In this document: positions 11,401 through 24,300 of the stretch, one piece after another
Position numbering within the stretch: the first letter of the stretch is position 1
Layout of the letters: each line of letters opens with the position of its first letter
Source: Macrostomum hystrix
Taxonomy: Eukaryota > Animalia > Platyhelminthes
DNA: 64,000 bases
Reading direction: 5' to 3'
NCBI GenBank assembly: GCA_950097015.1
Contig: CATNEN010000038.1
Span: 27,280,001 to 27,344,000, forward strand
Notes under the pieces: generated by a model
Database searches by the model: none
What the model saw: only the letters and a program-made list of their open reading frames with translations
Told to the model about the DNA's origin: nothing
Position numbers and translations under genes: made by a program

Positions 11401-13198
11401 TCTGCCTGTCTGTCTGCCTGCCTGCCTGTCTGTCTGTCTGTCTGTCTGCCTGTCTGTCTGCCTGCCGTCTGCCTGTCTGTCTGCCTGTCTGTCTGCCTGT
11501 CTGTCTGCCTGTCTGTCTGCCTGCCATCTGCCTGTCTGTCTGTCTGCCATCTGCCTGTCTGTCTGCCTGCCATCTGCCTGTCTGTCTGCCTGCCATCTGC
11601 CTGTCTGTCTGTCTGTCTGTCTGCCTGCCTGTCTGTCTGTCTGCCTGTCTGTCTGCCTGTCTGTCTGTCTGTCTGCCTACCTGTCTGTCTGTCTGTCTGT
11701 CTGTCTGCCTGTCTGTCTTTCTGTACTAGCTGTCCGATCGTGTGCCTTGTACACCAGAACAATCTCTTTACTGCGACTTTTTATTACAATCAAGCTACTA
11801 TAAAATCGTTTCCCTGTACGGCAGAAACTAGTTGACTTGGCCGTCGACTGTGGCTCAACTATTGAGTCGCCGCTGCGATTGTTCTGCGAAGTCTGCACCG
11901 GCTCCGGCGCTGTCACCGTCTGCCTGTTGCGTCACTTTTCCAAGGTTCGGCCTGAAAAAAATGTTGCTTTTGAAATAAAATTCTATGACTGCACGAACTC
12001 GACAGCTTTTTAGCCCAGTTCGTCTGACGAAAGTCGTTTGTGACCATTTATGTTTCTTAGCCTTAATTGAGCCAGATGTGCAGCCGACAGCACAGCCTCA
12101 GCTATTGCGCGGATCGCTATATATGATCAGTTCAGTCCATGGACTGGGGGGACGCCACTCACACCCGCCATTACTCCTACCGATGCTGCTTCCCATTTAA
12201 TAGCTGGGTGAACTGAAGCAATGCAAAGTTAAGTGTCTTGCTAAAGGACACATATTGTTCCAGTGAAGTCGGGAATCGAACCCCCGACCTTCAAGTCGTG
12301 AGTCCGACGCTCTAACCACTAGGCTACAACCCTTTGATGAGTTTCTAAGAAAAAAAGCAAATATTTAATTTATAATCCCATTTTCATTTATTATCCACTC
12401 GCTTCACAGGCTCATTGTCTTGCAGTGGAACTTCTGCCGGAAGCGTGTCAACTCACCTTGGCGAACTGCGCCAGGCACGGCGTAGACAATCGACTTCACC
12501 TGGTGAATGCATCCTTAGCAACGCACCTGTTACTAGGGCGAGCGCCACCCCTAGGCCTGATTGTGGGCAACCCGCCATACGTGCCCGACAGTGATATGCG
12601 GCTACTTCAACCTGAAGTCACATTTGAATCGCCTTTGGCTCTGCGAGGCGGTCGCGGCGTCAACGGCGAGGGCGACACCGACGGCTTGGGCGTCATTTTG
12701 CAATTGATGAACTTCGCGGACGCTCGATTGGCATCCGGAGGGTGGGTTTCGGGGTCGTGTCAATCTTAACTGTGGCTTATGAGCAGTTTCTCAGTCATTG
12801 GAATCGTGATTGATAGTAATGAGCAGTTTGACGGTCATTGGAATTGAGATAGATAGTAATGAGCAGTTTGACGGTCATTGGAATTGAGATAGATAGTAAT
12901 GAGCAGTTTCTCGGTCATAACAATAGAGATAAATAGTAATGAGCAGTTTCACAGTCATAGGAATCGAGATAGATAGTAATGAGCAGTTTCTGGATCATAA
13001 AAATCATCATTGAGTGCAATGAGTAAATTAAAACAAGTCAATATTTTACCTGTCCGCAGGTGGCTGGCCTTCGAGATGGACGCCACCCACGGCGACCTGC
13101 TTCGTCGTGGTTATTCGCGTCTGAAATCCCTTCGATTGGATCATGTCGAGTCTGACTTTTCCGGGAGAGACAGATTTTGCCTGTATAGAAAAGATTGA
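8408..13198 (+). CDS. HEMK1: HemK/PrmC-family release factor glutamine N5-methyltransferase, ~321 aa
   Basis: Exons 8408-8449 (tentative), 8530-8685, 9818-9900, 10721-10814, 11825-11944, 12410-12741, 13060-13198; phases consistent. Motifs [29 protein letters not shown] (SAM motif I), [20 protein letters not shown]. Confidence 0.93.
8988..9354 (+). mobile_element. Full-length tRNA-derived SINE (second family) in HEMK1 intron 2
   Basis: A box tggcagagctgt, B box gttcgattcc, (ATT)n tail, 13-bp TSD TATGGCCAGTATC at 8975-8987 and 9355-9367. Confidence 0.9.
9917..10020. repeat. 22-bp tandem repeat (gaggtttcattggcaggtttact-type)
   Basis: About 4.5 units just after the donor at 9901. Confidence 0.9.
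10068..10560. repeat. 21-bp minisatellite (tcagatcctgaggttccattc)
   Basis: Tandem units in HEMK1 intron 3. Confidence 0.95.
10824..11720. repeat. Compound (CTGT/CTGC)n microsatellite
   Basis: Fills HEMK1 intron 4, starting ~10 nt after the donor. Confidence 0.97.
12180..12332 (-). mobile_element. tRNA-derived CORE-like SINE in HEMK1 intron 5
   Basis: On -: gggttgtagcctagtggttagagcg (A box), ggttcgattccc (B box), gtgtcctttagcaagacacttaac..ttgcttcagttcacccagct..aaatggg. The 3' extent is uncertain. Confidence 0.8.
12778..12995. repeat. 40-bp tandem repeat (aatgagcagttt..gtcattggaattgagatagatagt)
   Basis: About 5.5 units in HEMK1 intron 6. Confidence 0.9.
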
Positions 13199-13397
13199 GC
13201 CAACCACGCAATCACTGAATTAGGTATTTTTTGTTGACTAATACCAATGTTTCAATGCAAACATTTTGTTATAAATAAAATTATTAGTCCGAGGAAAAAC
13301 TTTTTGTTTATTAAAAAACGCCTCCTAATTACGCGTTGCTTGTTCATGGTTCGCTCATAATTATCATTTAACATCTAATTGTTGAATGTATTTTACA

Positions 13398-16153
13398 GTT
13401 GTGTGTGCACTCTTGTGTCACAGCCATCAGAATTGTGTGTGCACTCTTGTGTCACAGCCATCAGAATTGTGTGTGCACTCTTGTGTCACAGCCATCAGAA
13501 TTGTGTGTGCACTCTTGTGTCACAGCCATCAGAATTGTGTGTGCACTCTTGTGTCACAGCCATCAGAATTGTGTGTGCACTCTTGTGTCACAGCCATCAG
13601 AATTGTGTGTGCACTCTTGTGTCACACCCATCAGAATTGTGTGTGCACTCTTGTGTCACAGCCATCAGAATTGTGTGTGCACTCTTGTGTCACAGCCATC
13701 AGAATTGTGTGTGCACTCTTGTGTCACAGCCATCAGAATTGTGTGTGCACTCGTGTGTCACAGCCATCAGAATTGTGTGTGCACTCTTGTGTCACAGCCA
13801 TCAGAATTGTGTGTGCACTCTTGTGTCACAGCCATCAGAATTGTGTGTGCACTCGTGTGTCACAGCCATCAGAATTGTGTGTGCACTCGTGTGTCACACC
13901 CATCAGAATTGTGTGTGCACTCTTGTGTCACAGCCACCAGAATTGTGTGTGCACACTTGTGTCACAGCCATCAGAATTGTGTGTGCACTCTTGTGTCACA
14001 GCCATCAGAATTGTGTGTGCACTCTTGTGTCACAGCCATCAGAATTGTGTGTGCACTCTTGTGTCACAGCCATCAGAATTGTGTGTGCACTCTTGTGTCA
14101 CAGCCATCAGAATTGTGTGTGCACTCGTGTGTCACAGCCATCAGAATTGTGTGTGCACTCTTGTGTCACAGCCATCAGAATTGTGTGTGCACTCTTGTGT
14201 CACAGCCATCAGAATTGTGTGTGCACTCTTGTGTCACAGCCATCAGAATTGTGTGTGCACTCTTGTGTCACAGCCATCAGAATTGTTTGCGTCTTTTGTC
14301 ACTGCCATCAGAATTGTGTGTGCATTCTTGTGTCACAGCCATCAGAATTGTGTGTGCACTCTTGTGTCACAGCCATCAGAATTGTGTGTGCACTCTTGTG
14401 TCACACCCATCAGAATTGTGTGTGCATTCTTGTGTCACACCCATCAGAATTGTGTGTGCACTCTTGTGTCACAGCCATCAGAATTGTGTGTGCACTCTTG
14501 TGTCACAGCCATCAGAATTGTGTGTGCACTCTTGTGTCACAGCCATCAGAATTGTGTGTGCACTCGTGTGTCACAGCCATCAGAATTGTTTGCGTCTTTT
14601 GTCACTGCCATCAGAATTGTTTGCGCACTCTTGTGTCACTGCCATCAGAATTGTGTGTGCACTCTTGTGTCACTGCCATCAGAATTGTGTGTGCACTCGT
14701 GTGTCACACCCATCAGAATTGTGTGTGCACTCGTGTGTCACAGCCATCAGAATTGTGTGTGCACTCTTGTGTCACAGCCATCAGAATTGTGTGTGCACTC
14801 TTGTGTCACAGCCATCAGAATTGTGTGTGCACTCGTGTGTCACAGCCATCAGAATTGTGTGTGCACTCTTGTGTCACAGCCATCAGAATTGTGTGCACTC
14901 TTGTGTCACAGCCATCAGAATTGTGTGCACTCGTGTGTCACAGCCATCAGAATTGTGTGTGCACTCTTGTGTCACAGCCATCAGAATTGTGTGTGCACTC
15001 TTGTGTCACAGCCATCAGAATTGTGTGTGCACTCTTGTGTCACAGCCATCAGAATTGTGTGTGCACTCTTGTGTCACAGCCATCAGAATTGTGTGTGCAC
15101 TCTTGTGTCACTGCCATCAGAATTGTGTGTGCACTCTTGTGTCACTGCCATCAGAATTGTGTGTGCACTCTTGTGTCACAGCCATCAGAATTGTGTGTGC
15201 ACTCTTGTGTCACAGCCATCAGAATTGTGTGTGCACTCTTGTGTCACAGCCATCAGAATTGTGTGTGCACTCGTGTGTCACAGCCATCAGAATTGTGTGT
15301 GCACTCTTGTGTCACAGCCATCAGAATTGTGTGTGCACTCTTGTGTCACAGCCATCAGAATTGTGTGTGCACTCTTGTGTCACAGCCATCAGAATTGTGT
15401 GTGCACTCTTGTGTCACAGCCATCAGAATTGTGTGTGCACTCTTGTGTCACAGCCATCAGAATTGTGTGTGCACTCTTGTGTCACAGCCATCAGAATTGT
15501 GTGTGCACTCTTGTGTCACAGCCATCAGAATTGTTTGCGTCTTTTGTCACTGCCATCAGAATTGTGTGTGCACTCTTGTGTCACAGCCATCAGAATTGTG
15601 TGTGCACTCTTGTGTCACAGCCATCAGAATTGTGTGTGCACTCGTGTGTCACAGCCATCAGAATTGTGTGTGCACTCTTGTGTCACAGCCATCAGAATTG
15701 TGTGTGCACTCGTGTGTCACAGCCATCAGAATTGTGTGTGCACTCGTGTGTCACAGCCATCAGAATTGTTTGCGTCTTTTGTCACAGCCATCAGAATTGT
15801 GTGTGCACTCGTGTGTCACAGCCATCAGAATTGTGTGTGCACTCGTGTGTCACAGCCATCAGAATTGTGTGTGCACTCGTGTGTCACTGCCATCAGAATT
15901 GTGTGTGCACTCGTGTGTCACAGCCATCAGAATTGTTTGCGTCTTTTGTCACTGCCATCAGAATTGTGTGTGCACTCGTGTGTCACAGCCATCAGAATTG
16001 TTTGCGTCTTTTGTCACTGCCATCAGAATTGTGTGTGCACTCGTGTGTCACAGCCATCAGAATTGTTTGCGTCTTTTGTCACTGCCATCAGAATTGTGTG
16101 TGCACTCGTGTGTCACAGCCATCAGAATTGTTTGCGTCTTTTGTCACTGCCAT
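13398..16153. repeat. 34-bp minisatellite (gtgtgtgcactcttgtgtcacagccatcagaatt)
   Basis: About 80 units, intergenic; stop-free in all three + frames, giving spurious 900-aa ORFs. Confidence 0.98.
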
Positions 16154-16179
16154 GATGACATGCATTGCATAGTTAAGCG

Positions 16180-16270
16180 TCTTTTCTTAGGGCACAGTTT
16201 GTTTTAGTGCTGATAGCAATCGAACTCGCGACCTTTATGTCTGACGACTTTAACCACTGGACCACAACCC
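16180..16270 (-). mobile_element. Degenerate tRNA-SINE head (CORE-like family)
   Basis: aatcgaactcgcgacctt..taaccactggaccacaaccc resembles 12275-12332. Confidence 0.5.
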
Positions 16271-16512
16271 CTAATACCAAAGACCTAAGACCAAAATATA
16301 AAACTATTGATTGATAACTCTATCTTAGCGCCAAATAAAGAATCTAATAATGAGCATGATACAATTCGCGTATTATCAATACTTAAAAATACAATATTCT
16401 ATATCATTCGCTATAAACTCATAAATTTCATTTAATGCTCAATTCGTTTTATTATCCAATATATTAAAGCTGGCTTTAAATTTAGGTTAAAATGTACTTA
16501 CCATTTCAAGTT

Positions 16513-17890
16513 GCCTTCATTCCCTACATTTCATTCACATTCAATCCCTACATTTGATTAACCTTCATTGCCTACATTTGAATAACCTTCATTCCCTACA
16601 TTTGATTAACCTTCATTGCCTACATTTGATTCACATTCAATCCCTACATTTGATTAACCTTCATTCCCTACATTTGATTAACCTTCATTGCCTACATTTG
16701 ATTCACATTCAATCCCTACATTTGATTAACCTTCATTCCCTACATTTCATTCACATTCAATCCCTACATTTGATTAACCTTCATTGCCTACATTTGAATA
16801 ACCTTCATTCCCTACATTTGATTAACCTTCATTGCCTACATTTGATTCACATTCAATCCCTACATTTGATTAACCTTCATTCCCTACATTTGATTCACAT
16901 TCAATCCCTACATTTGATTAACCTTCATTCCCTACATTTCATTCACATTCAATCCCTACATTTGATTAACCTTCATTGCCTACATTTGAATAACCTTCAT
17001 TCCCTACATTTGATTAACCTTCATTGCCTACATTTGATTCACATTCAATCCCTACATTTGATTAACCTTCATTCCCTACATTTCATTCACATTCAATCCC
17101 TACATTTGATTAACCTTCATTGCCTACATTTGAATAACCTTCATTCCCTACATTTGATTAACCTTCATTGCCTACATTTGAATAACCTTCATTCCCTACA
17201 TTTGATTAACCTTCATTGCCTACATTTGATTCACATTCAATCCCTACATTTGATTAACCTTCATTCCCTACATTTGATTCACATTCAATCCCTACATTTG
17301 ATTAACCTTCATTCCCTACATTTCATTCACATTCAATCCCTACATTTGATTAACCTTCATTGCCTACATTTGAATAACCTTCATTCCCTACATTTGATTA
17401 ACCTTCATTGCCTACATTTGATTCACATTCAATCCCTACATTTGATTAACCTTCATTCCCTACATTTGATTCACATTCAATCCCTACATTTGATTAACCT
17501 TCATTCCCTACATTTCATTCACATTCAATCCCTACATTTGATTAACCTTCATTGCCTACATTTGAATAACCTTCATTCCCTACATTTGATTAACCTTCAT
17601 TGCCTACATTTGATTCACATTCAATCCCTACATTTGATTAACCTTCATTCCCTACATTTCATTCACATTCAATCCCTACATTTGATTAACCTTCATTGCC
17701 TACATTTGAATAACCTTCATTCCCTACATTTGATTAACCTTCATTGCCTACATTTGAATAACCTTCATTCCCTACATTTGATTAACCTTCATTGCCTACA
17801 TTTGATTCACATTCAATCCCTACATTTGATTAACCTTCATTCCCTACATTTGATTAACATTCAATCCCTACATTTGATTAAACTTCATTC
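16513..17890. repeat. 24-bp minisatellite (ccctacatttgattaaccttcatt) with higher-order variant pattern
   Basis: Several unit variants recur in ordered blocks. Confidence 0.97.
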
Positions 17891-18312
17891 TACGAGCTAG
17901 TAATGACAGATGTCTATCCTTGTCTGTCCCATGTCTGTCCTTCCCATTATTTGCACCAACATTTTATTAACCCTGATTTTTATTTCGCTACTTTAATTGC
18001 TAGACTCAAAAAGCAGCTTCCATTTCTCACCTTTCTGTTTGTTTAAACTTAAAGGGGTCCGATCCTTTGGTCATTTCTTATTGGTCAGTTCGGTCCTAGC
18101 CAATAGGCGTGCAGACCTGAGTTGAATTAGAGCCTGTCACTATAATTAGCTGCCCCTAAATTCAGATTTTTTGCTGAAATTTTAGCGTCCTTACATTTAA
18201 GCATCGGTGGAATAATTTCACTCACCTGTTGCACCTGCTGAGCTGATTAATTGACATTATTTTTTCGAATATAGACTTTTTCCTGACTGAACATTTAAAC
18301 ACTTTAGTAGCA

Positions 18313-21300
18313 ATGTCGGTTGTTAAAACCTCTAAGAAGCGAATTTTGAAGAGGACCAACACCTACAGTCCCAACCAGTTTATGGAGCGAGTTCAGGCGG
18401 CTAAACAAGAGAATCCGGTGAGTGTGAGCATCCTATTTACATCTCTTAACATTGACACCCACCTTTGCTAAGTTGTAATCTAAGAGCTGTTTAATGAGCC
18501 GCTAAACTATCTAACTCGCACGCGTCTTCAGAATGTAACGAACTAAGTTTAGACAGGTAATGCGCTGTTATCTTATCTTCCTCTGATGTGCCGCCAAACT
18601 AACACCGGGTCCCTGAAACGCCACGAACACCAACCCTTTGATGTGCCGCCAACCTAACAACGGGCCTTCGATTGGCCCCTACACCACGAGGTTGTCAACT
18701 TGTAAATTAGGTTTCATTTCGTTTGTAATGCGCGGGCATAACTTGACAAAAAGAAATTCGTGACATGTACAAAGGAAAGTTTACAAATGTTATTAGGCAT
18801 CTTGATCGCATTCAGAGATTGATTAACTTTTCACCTATATGTTACTTATAAATTAATATATGGTTATTGGGGCAAAAAATATCTATACCTATCGGTTTTT
18901 GATCTTATCTTCGAGCCTGGTGATACGAGTATTGCGATTTCATTAGAATTGAGAAAAAATCATGGAAATTTCTCGTATTAAATAATTTGACAGAAGCCAT
19001 AATTCAATGAATCCTTAGGCATGCTCAGACAGGTTTGATGATTTGGCGTACCTATTTAGCTACTGGTCGTTAATGAAACCCTCAGCATGCTTGCATATTC
19101 CTTTTGTATGGACATTTTTCTCATTTAATCTACCATCTGTCTTTACTCATTCCACCCTTTTGGGCATGTCTTGATCTAATTATGCGCCTCTTACTTGGGC
19201 TCTATCTAATCTCTCTATTCCGCTGTTTCCCATGTCTATCCTCTCTCTATTCCGCTGTTTCCCATGTCTATCCTCTCAATATTACACTGTTTCCCATGTC
19301 TATTATCTCTCTATTACACTGTTTCCCATGTCTATTATCTCTCTATTACACTTTTCCCATGTCTATCCTCTCTTTATTACACTGTTTCCCATGTCTATCC
19401 TCTCTCTATTACACTGTTTGCCATGTCTATCCTCTCTCTATTACACTTTCCCATGTCTATCCTCTCTCTATTACACTGTTTCCCATGTCTATCCTCTCTC
19501 TATTACACTGTTTCCCATGTCTATCATCTCAATATTACACTGTTTCCCATGTCTATCCTCTCTCTATTACACTGTTTCCCATGTCTATCCTCTCTCTATT
19601 ACACTGTTTCCCATGTCTATCATCTCAATATTACACTGTTTCCCATGTCTATCCTCTCTCTATTACACTGTTTGCCATGTCTATCCTCTCTCTATTACAC
19701 TTTCCCATGTCTATCCTCTCTCTATTACACTGTTTCCCATGTCTATCCTCTCTCTATTACACTGTTTCCCATGTCTATCATCTCAATATTACACTGTTTC
19801 CCATGTCTATCCTCTCTCTATTACATTGTTTCCCATGTCTATCCTCTCTCTATTCCGCTGTTTCCCATGTCTATCCTCTCTCTATTACACTGTTTCCCAT
19901 GTCTATCCTCTCTCTATTCCGCTGTTTCCCATGTCTATCCTCTCTCTATTACACTGTTTCCCATGTCTATCATCTCGATATTACACTGTTTCCCATGTCT
20001 ATCATCTCAATATTACACTGTTTCCCATGTCTATCCTCTCTCTATTACATTGTTTCCCATGTCTATCCTCTCTCTATTCCGCTGTTTCCCATGTCTATCA
20101 TCTCGATATTACACTGTTTCCCATGTCTATCATCTCAATATTACACTGTTTTCCATGTCTATCCTCTCTCTATTACATTGTTTCCCATGTCTATCCTCTC
20201 TCTATTCCGCTGTTTCCCATGTCTATCATCTCGATATTACACTGTTTTCCATGTCTATCCTCTCTCTATTACACTGTTTCCCATGTCTATCCTCTCTCTA
20301 TTACATTGTTTCCCATGTCTATCCTCTCTCTATTCCGCTGTTTCCCATGTCTATCCTCTCTCTATTCCGCTGTTTCCCATGTCTATCCTCTCTCTATTCC
20401 GCTGTTTCCCATGTCTATCCTCTCTCTATTATACTGTTTCCCGTGTCTATCCTCTCTCTATTACACTGTTTCCCATGTCTATCCTCTCTCTATTACATTG
20501 TTTCCCATGTCTATCCTCTCTCTATTCCGCTGTTTCCCATGTCTATCCTCTCTCTATTACACTGTTTCCCGTGTCTTTCCTCTCTCTATTACACTGTTTC
20601 CCGTGTCTATCCTCTCTCTATTACACTGTTTCCCGTGTCTATCCTCTCTCTATTACACTGTTTCCCGTGTCTATCCTCTCTGTATTACACTGTTTCCCAT
20701 GTCTGTCCTCTCTCTATTACACTGTTTCCCATGTCTATCCTCTCTCTATTACACTGTTTCCCATGTCTATCCTCTCTCTATTACACTGTTTCCCATGTCT
20801 ATCCTCTCTCTATTACACTGTTTCCCGTGTCTATCCTCTCTCTATTACACTGTTTCCCATGTCTATCCTCTCTCTATTACACTGTTTCCCATGTCTATCC
20901 TCTCTCTATTACACTGTTTCCCATGTCTATTATCTCTCTACCCTCGATTTCCTATCTGTCTGACTCCAAATTTCTTTCCCCCTCTGTCGCTAGCCAGGGC
21001 AATGTCCCTTTCTCCTTAACTCTTTGATTTCTCCTCAACACACTCCGTAAGCCAGTCAAACAAGCCATACAGTTTGGCTTCTTTGATACAAAAATCCGCA
21101 ACTGAAATAGAGTAGCAAAATTTTGATAGACTGGCTTTGACATCTTGCTAGGCTGCGGATGCCCGTGAACACAAAATTATTGTTTGTCCATGAACACAAA
21201 AACACGGCGCGTTAACATCAAAGACAGCGAAATCTGATAGCCAGCGACAGGTGGAATAATCTTACATACCTTTCAGGTGTGTCGTCTGATCTTTACATGT

Positions 21301-24300
21301 CTCTGTGTTGGTAGAACTATTTCTACTTATACTCTGACCTACAAAATATTTCTTATTAAATCCCTTTCACATCTTGCCGCAGCCTCCAGCAGCTCTTGCT
21401 AGACACGGCAGTGAGATCAGCATCTCTAGTGGCGAGGATGGCATGGCTCAAGGAGACTGCGGCGGCGTTTGTCAGCAACTAAACGAACTCCAGCACGAAG
21501 CCATGCACCGCAGAGGCCGAAGGTCAGCCATCTACAATTCGAAGGTAAATTCATGGCTGATTGCGTTTGTTTGGGGGAGCGGCGTCTGATCATCCCAACT
21601 CCTCATTTTTTCTCCCCTTTATCTTCCCTAATCCTCACTCTCCTTACTGTCTCCCCACTCTCTCCTCACTCGCTCCTCACTGTCTCCTCACTGTCTCCTC
21701 ACTCTTTCCTCACTGTCTACTCACTCTCTCCTCACTCTTTCCTCACTGTCTCCTCACTGTCTACTCACTCTCTCCCCACTGTCTCCCCACTGTCTCCCCA
21801 CTCTCTCCCCACTGTCTCCTCACTCTCTCCCCCACTGTCTCCTCACTCTCTCCCCACTGTCTCCTCACTCTCTCCCCACTGTCTCCTCACTGTCTCCTCA
21901 CTGTCTCCTCACTGTTTCCTCACTCTCTCCTCACTGTCTCCTCACTCTCTCCCGTCTGTTTCCTCACTCTCTCCCCACTGTCTCCTCACTCTCTCCCCAC
22001 TGTCTCCTCACTCTCTCCCCACTGTCTCCTCACTCTCTCCCCACTGTCTCCTCACTCTCTCCCCACTGTCTCCTCACTGTCTCCTCACTGTCTCCTCACT
22101 GTTTCCTCACTCTCTCCTCACTGTCTCCTCACTCTCTCCCGTCTGTTTCCTCACTCTCTCCCCACTGTCTCCTCACTCTCTCCCCACTGTCTCCTCACTG
22201 TCTCCTCACTGTTTCCTCACTCTCCCCACTGTCTCCTCACTCTCTCCCCACTGTCTCCTCACTCTCTCCCCACTGTCTCCTCACTCTCTCCCCACTGTCT
22301 CCTCACTCTCTCCCCACTGTCTCCTCACTGTCTCCTCACTGTCTCCTCACTGTTTCCTCACTCTCTCCTCACTGTCTCCTCTCTGTCTCCTCACTGTCTA
22401 CTCACTCTCTCCCCACTCTCTCCCGTCTGTTTCCTCACTCTCTCGTCCCTCCCTTCTCCCTCTCTCGTCACTATTCTCAATTCTATTCTACTCCTCCCTC
22501 TGGCGTCCTCACTTGCAAACAATAAATTTACTGTTAGCTGAAGGCACACTTTTTAGTAAACATCGTTCTGCAAAAAACGCACCTATCTTAAATTTCCCCA
22601 ACTAAAATGCACTCGTTGCATCGGTCGAGGCATTCTGAGCATCCTCATTCACTATTGACAGCTCTGTCACTTCAACAACAGTTTTCTACAGCTTTAAGTG
22701 GAGAAAAAAGGACTGCTCCTATGTCTCACAATGAGATGTACTTTTATTTATTTATGCTTGGCGACTTTAGAAGCCATTTCAAAGCCTTGAGGAAGAAAAG
22801 AAAAATAATGAGAAAACATTGCTAATAAGCCTGTACTAATACCAGTAAAACAGTGCTGTTTCTATGCCATATAGAAAACTTATATGGCCCTCTGCCCTAG
22901 TAGAGAAGTGACAGCGAGCCAGATTGGCAAATAAAGACTAGACAAATAAAGATGAGGCACGGGATAGAGATTGGACGCGGTAGATATGAGACACGGAGAG
23001 ATAAGACAGGGTAGAGATGAGACATGGGAGAGATGAGACAGGGGAGAAATGAGACAGGGGAGAGATGAGACAGGGTAGAGATGAGACAGGGTAAAGATGA
23101 GACAGGGGAGAGATGAGACAGAGGAGAGATGAGACACGGAAGAGATGAGGCACGGGAGAGATGAGACAGGGTAGAAATGAGACAGGGGAGAGATGAGACA
23201 GGGTAGAGATGAGACAGGGGAGAGATGAGACAGGGTAGAGATGAGACAGGGGAGAGATGAGACAGAGGAGAGATGAGACATGGAAGAGATGAGGCACGGG
23301 AGAGATGAGACAGGGTAGAGATGAGACACCTGAGAGATTAGACACGGGAGAGATGAGACAGGGTAGAGATGAGACAGGGGAGAGATGAGACAGGGGAGAG
23401 ATGAGACAGGGTAGAGATGAGACAGGGGAGAGATGAGACAGAGGAGAGATGAGACACGGAAGAGATGAGGCACGGGAGAGATGAGACAGGGGAGAGATGA
23501 GACACCTGAGAGATTAGACACGGGAGAGATGAGACACCTGAGAGATTAGACACGGGAGAGATGAGACACCTGAGAGATTAGACACGGGAGAGATGAGACA
23601 GGGTAGAGATGAGACTCGGGAGAGATGAGACAGGGTAGAGATGAGACAGGGGAGAGATGAGACACGGTAGAGATGAGACAGGGGAGAGATGAGACACCTG
23701 AGAGATTAGACACGGGAGAGATAAGACACGGTAGAGATGAGACACGGAAGAGATGAGACACGGGAGAGATAAGACAGGGAGAGATTAGACAGGGAGAGAT
23801 GAGAATCAGGAGAGATGAGACAGGGTAGAGATGAGACAGGGGAGAGATGAGACACGGTAGAGATGAGACACCTGAGAGATGAGACACCTGAGAGATTAGA
23901 CACGGGAGAGATAAGACACGGTAGAGATGAGACACGGAAGATATGAGACACGGGAGAGATAAGACAGGGAGAGATTAGACAGGGAGAGATGAGAATCAGG
24001 AGAGATGAGACACGGGAGAGATCAGACAGGGAGAGATTGGACAGGGAGAGATGAGAATCAGGAGAGATGAGACACGGGAGAGATGAGACACGGGAGAGAT
24101 AAGACACGGCAGAGATTAGACACGGGTGAGATGAGACACGGAAGCGAGATTCGAAAAGTCAATGAAGCCTAAACCTAGCAGGATCTGCGCATGTTCTTGT
24201 CAACCCGTGTGTAACGTTCGCAACTCGTGCAACTAAGCTAGCCCTTGTAAACATATCGCACAAGGAGGGAAAAGAAACTTGTCCATACTATTGTTTACGA

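Noticed and set aside
13398-16153. CRISPR-like appearance of 27-36-bp repeats
   Set aside because: Units are head-to-tail with no unique spacers, there are no cas genes, and the context is eukaryotic.
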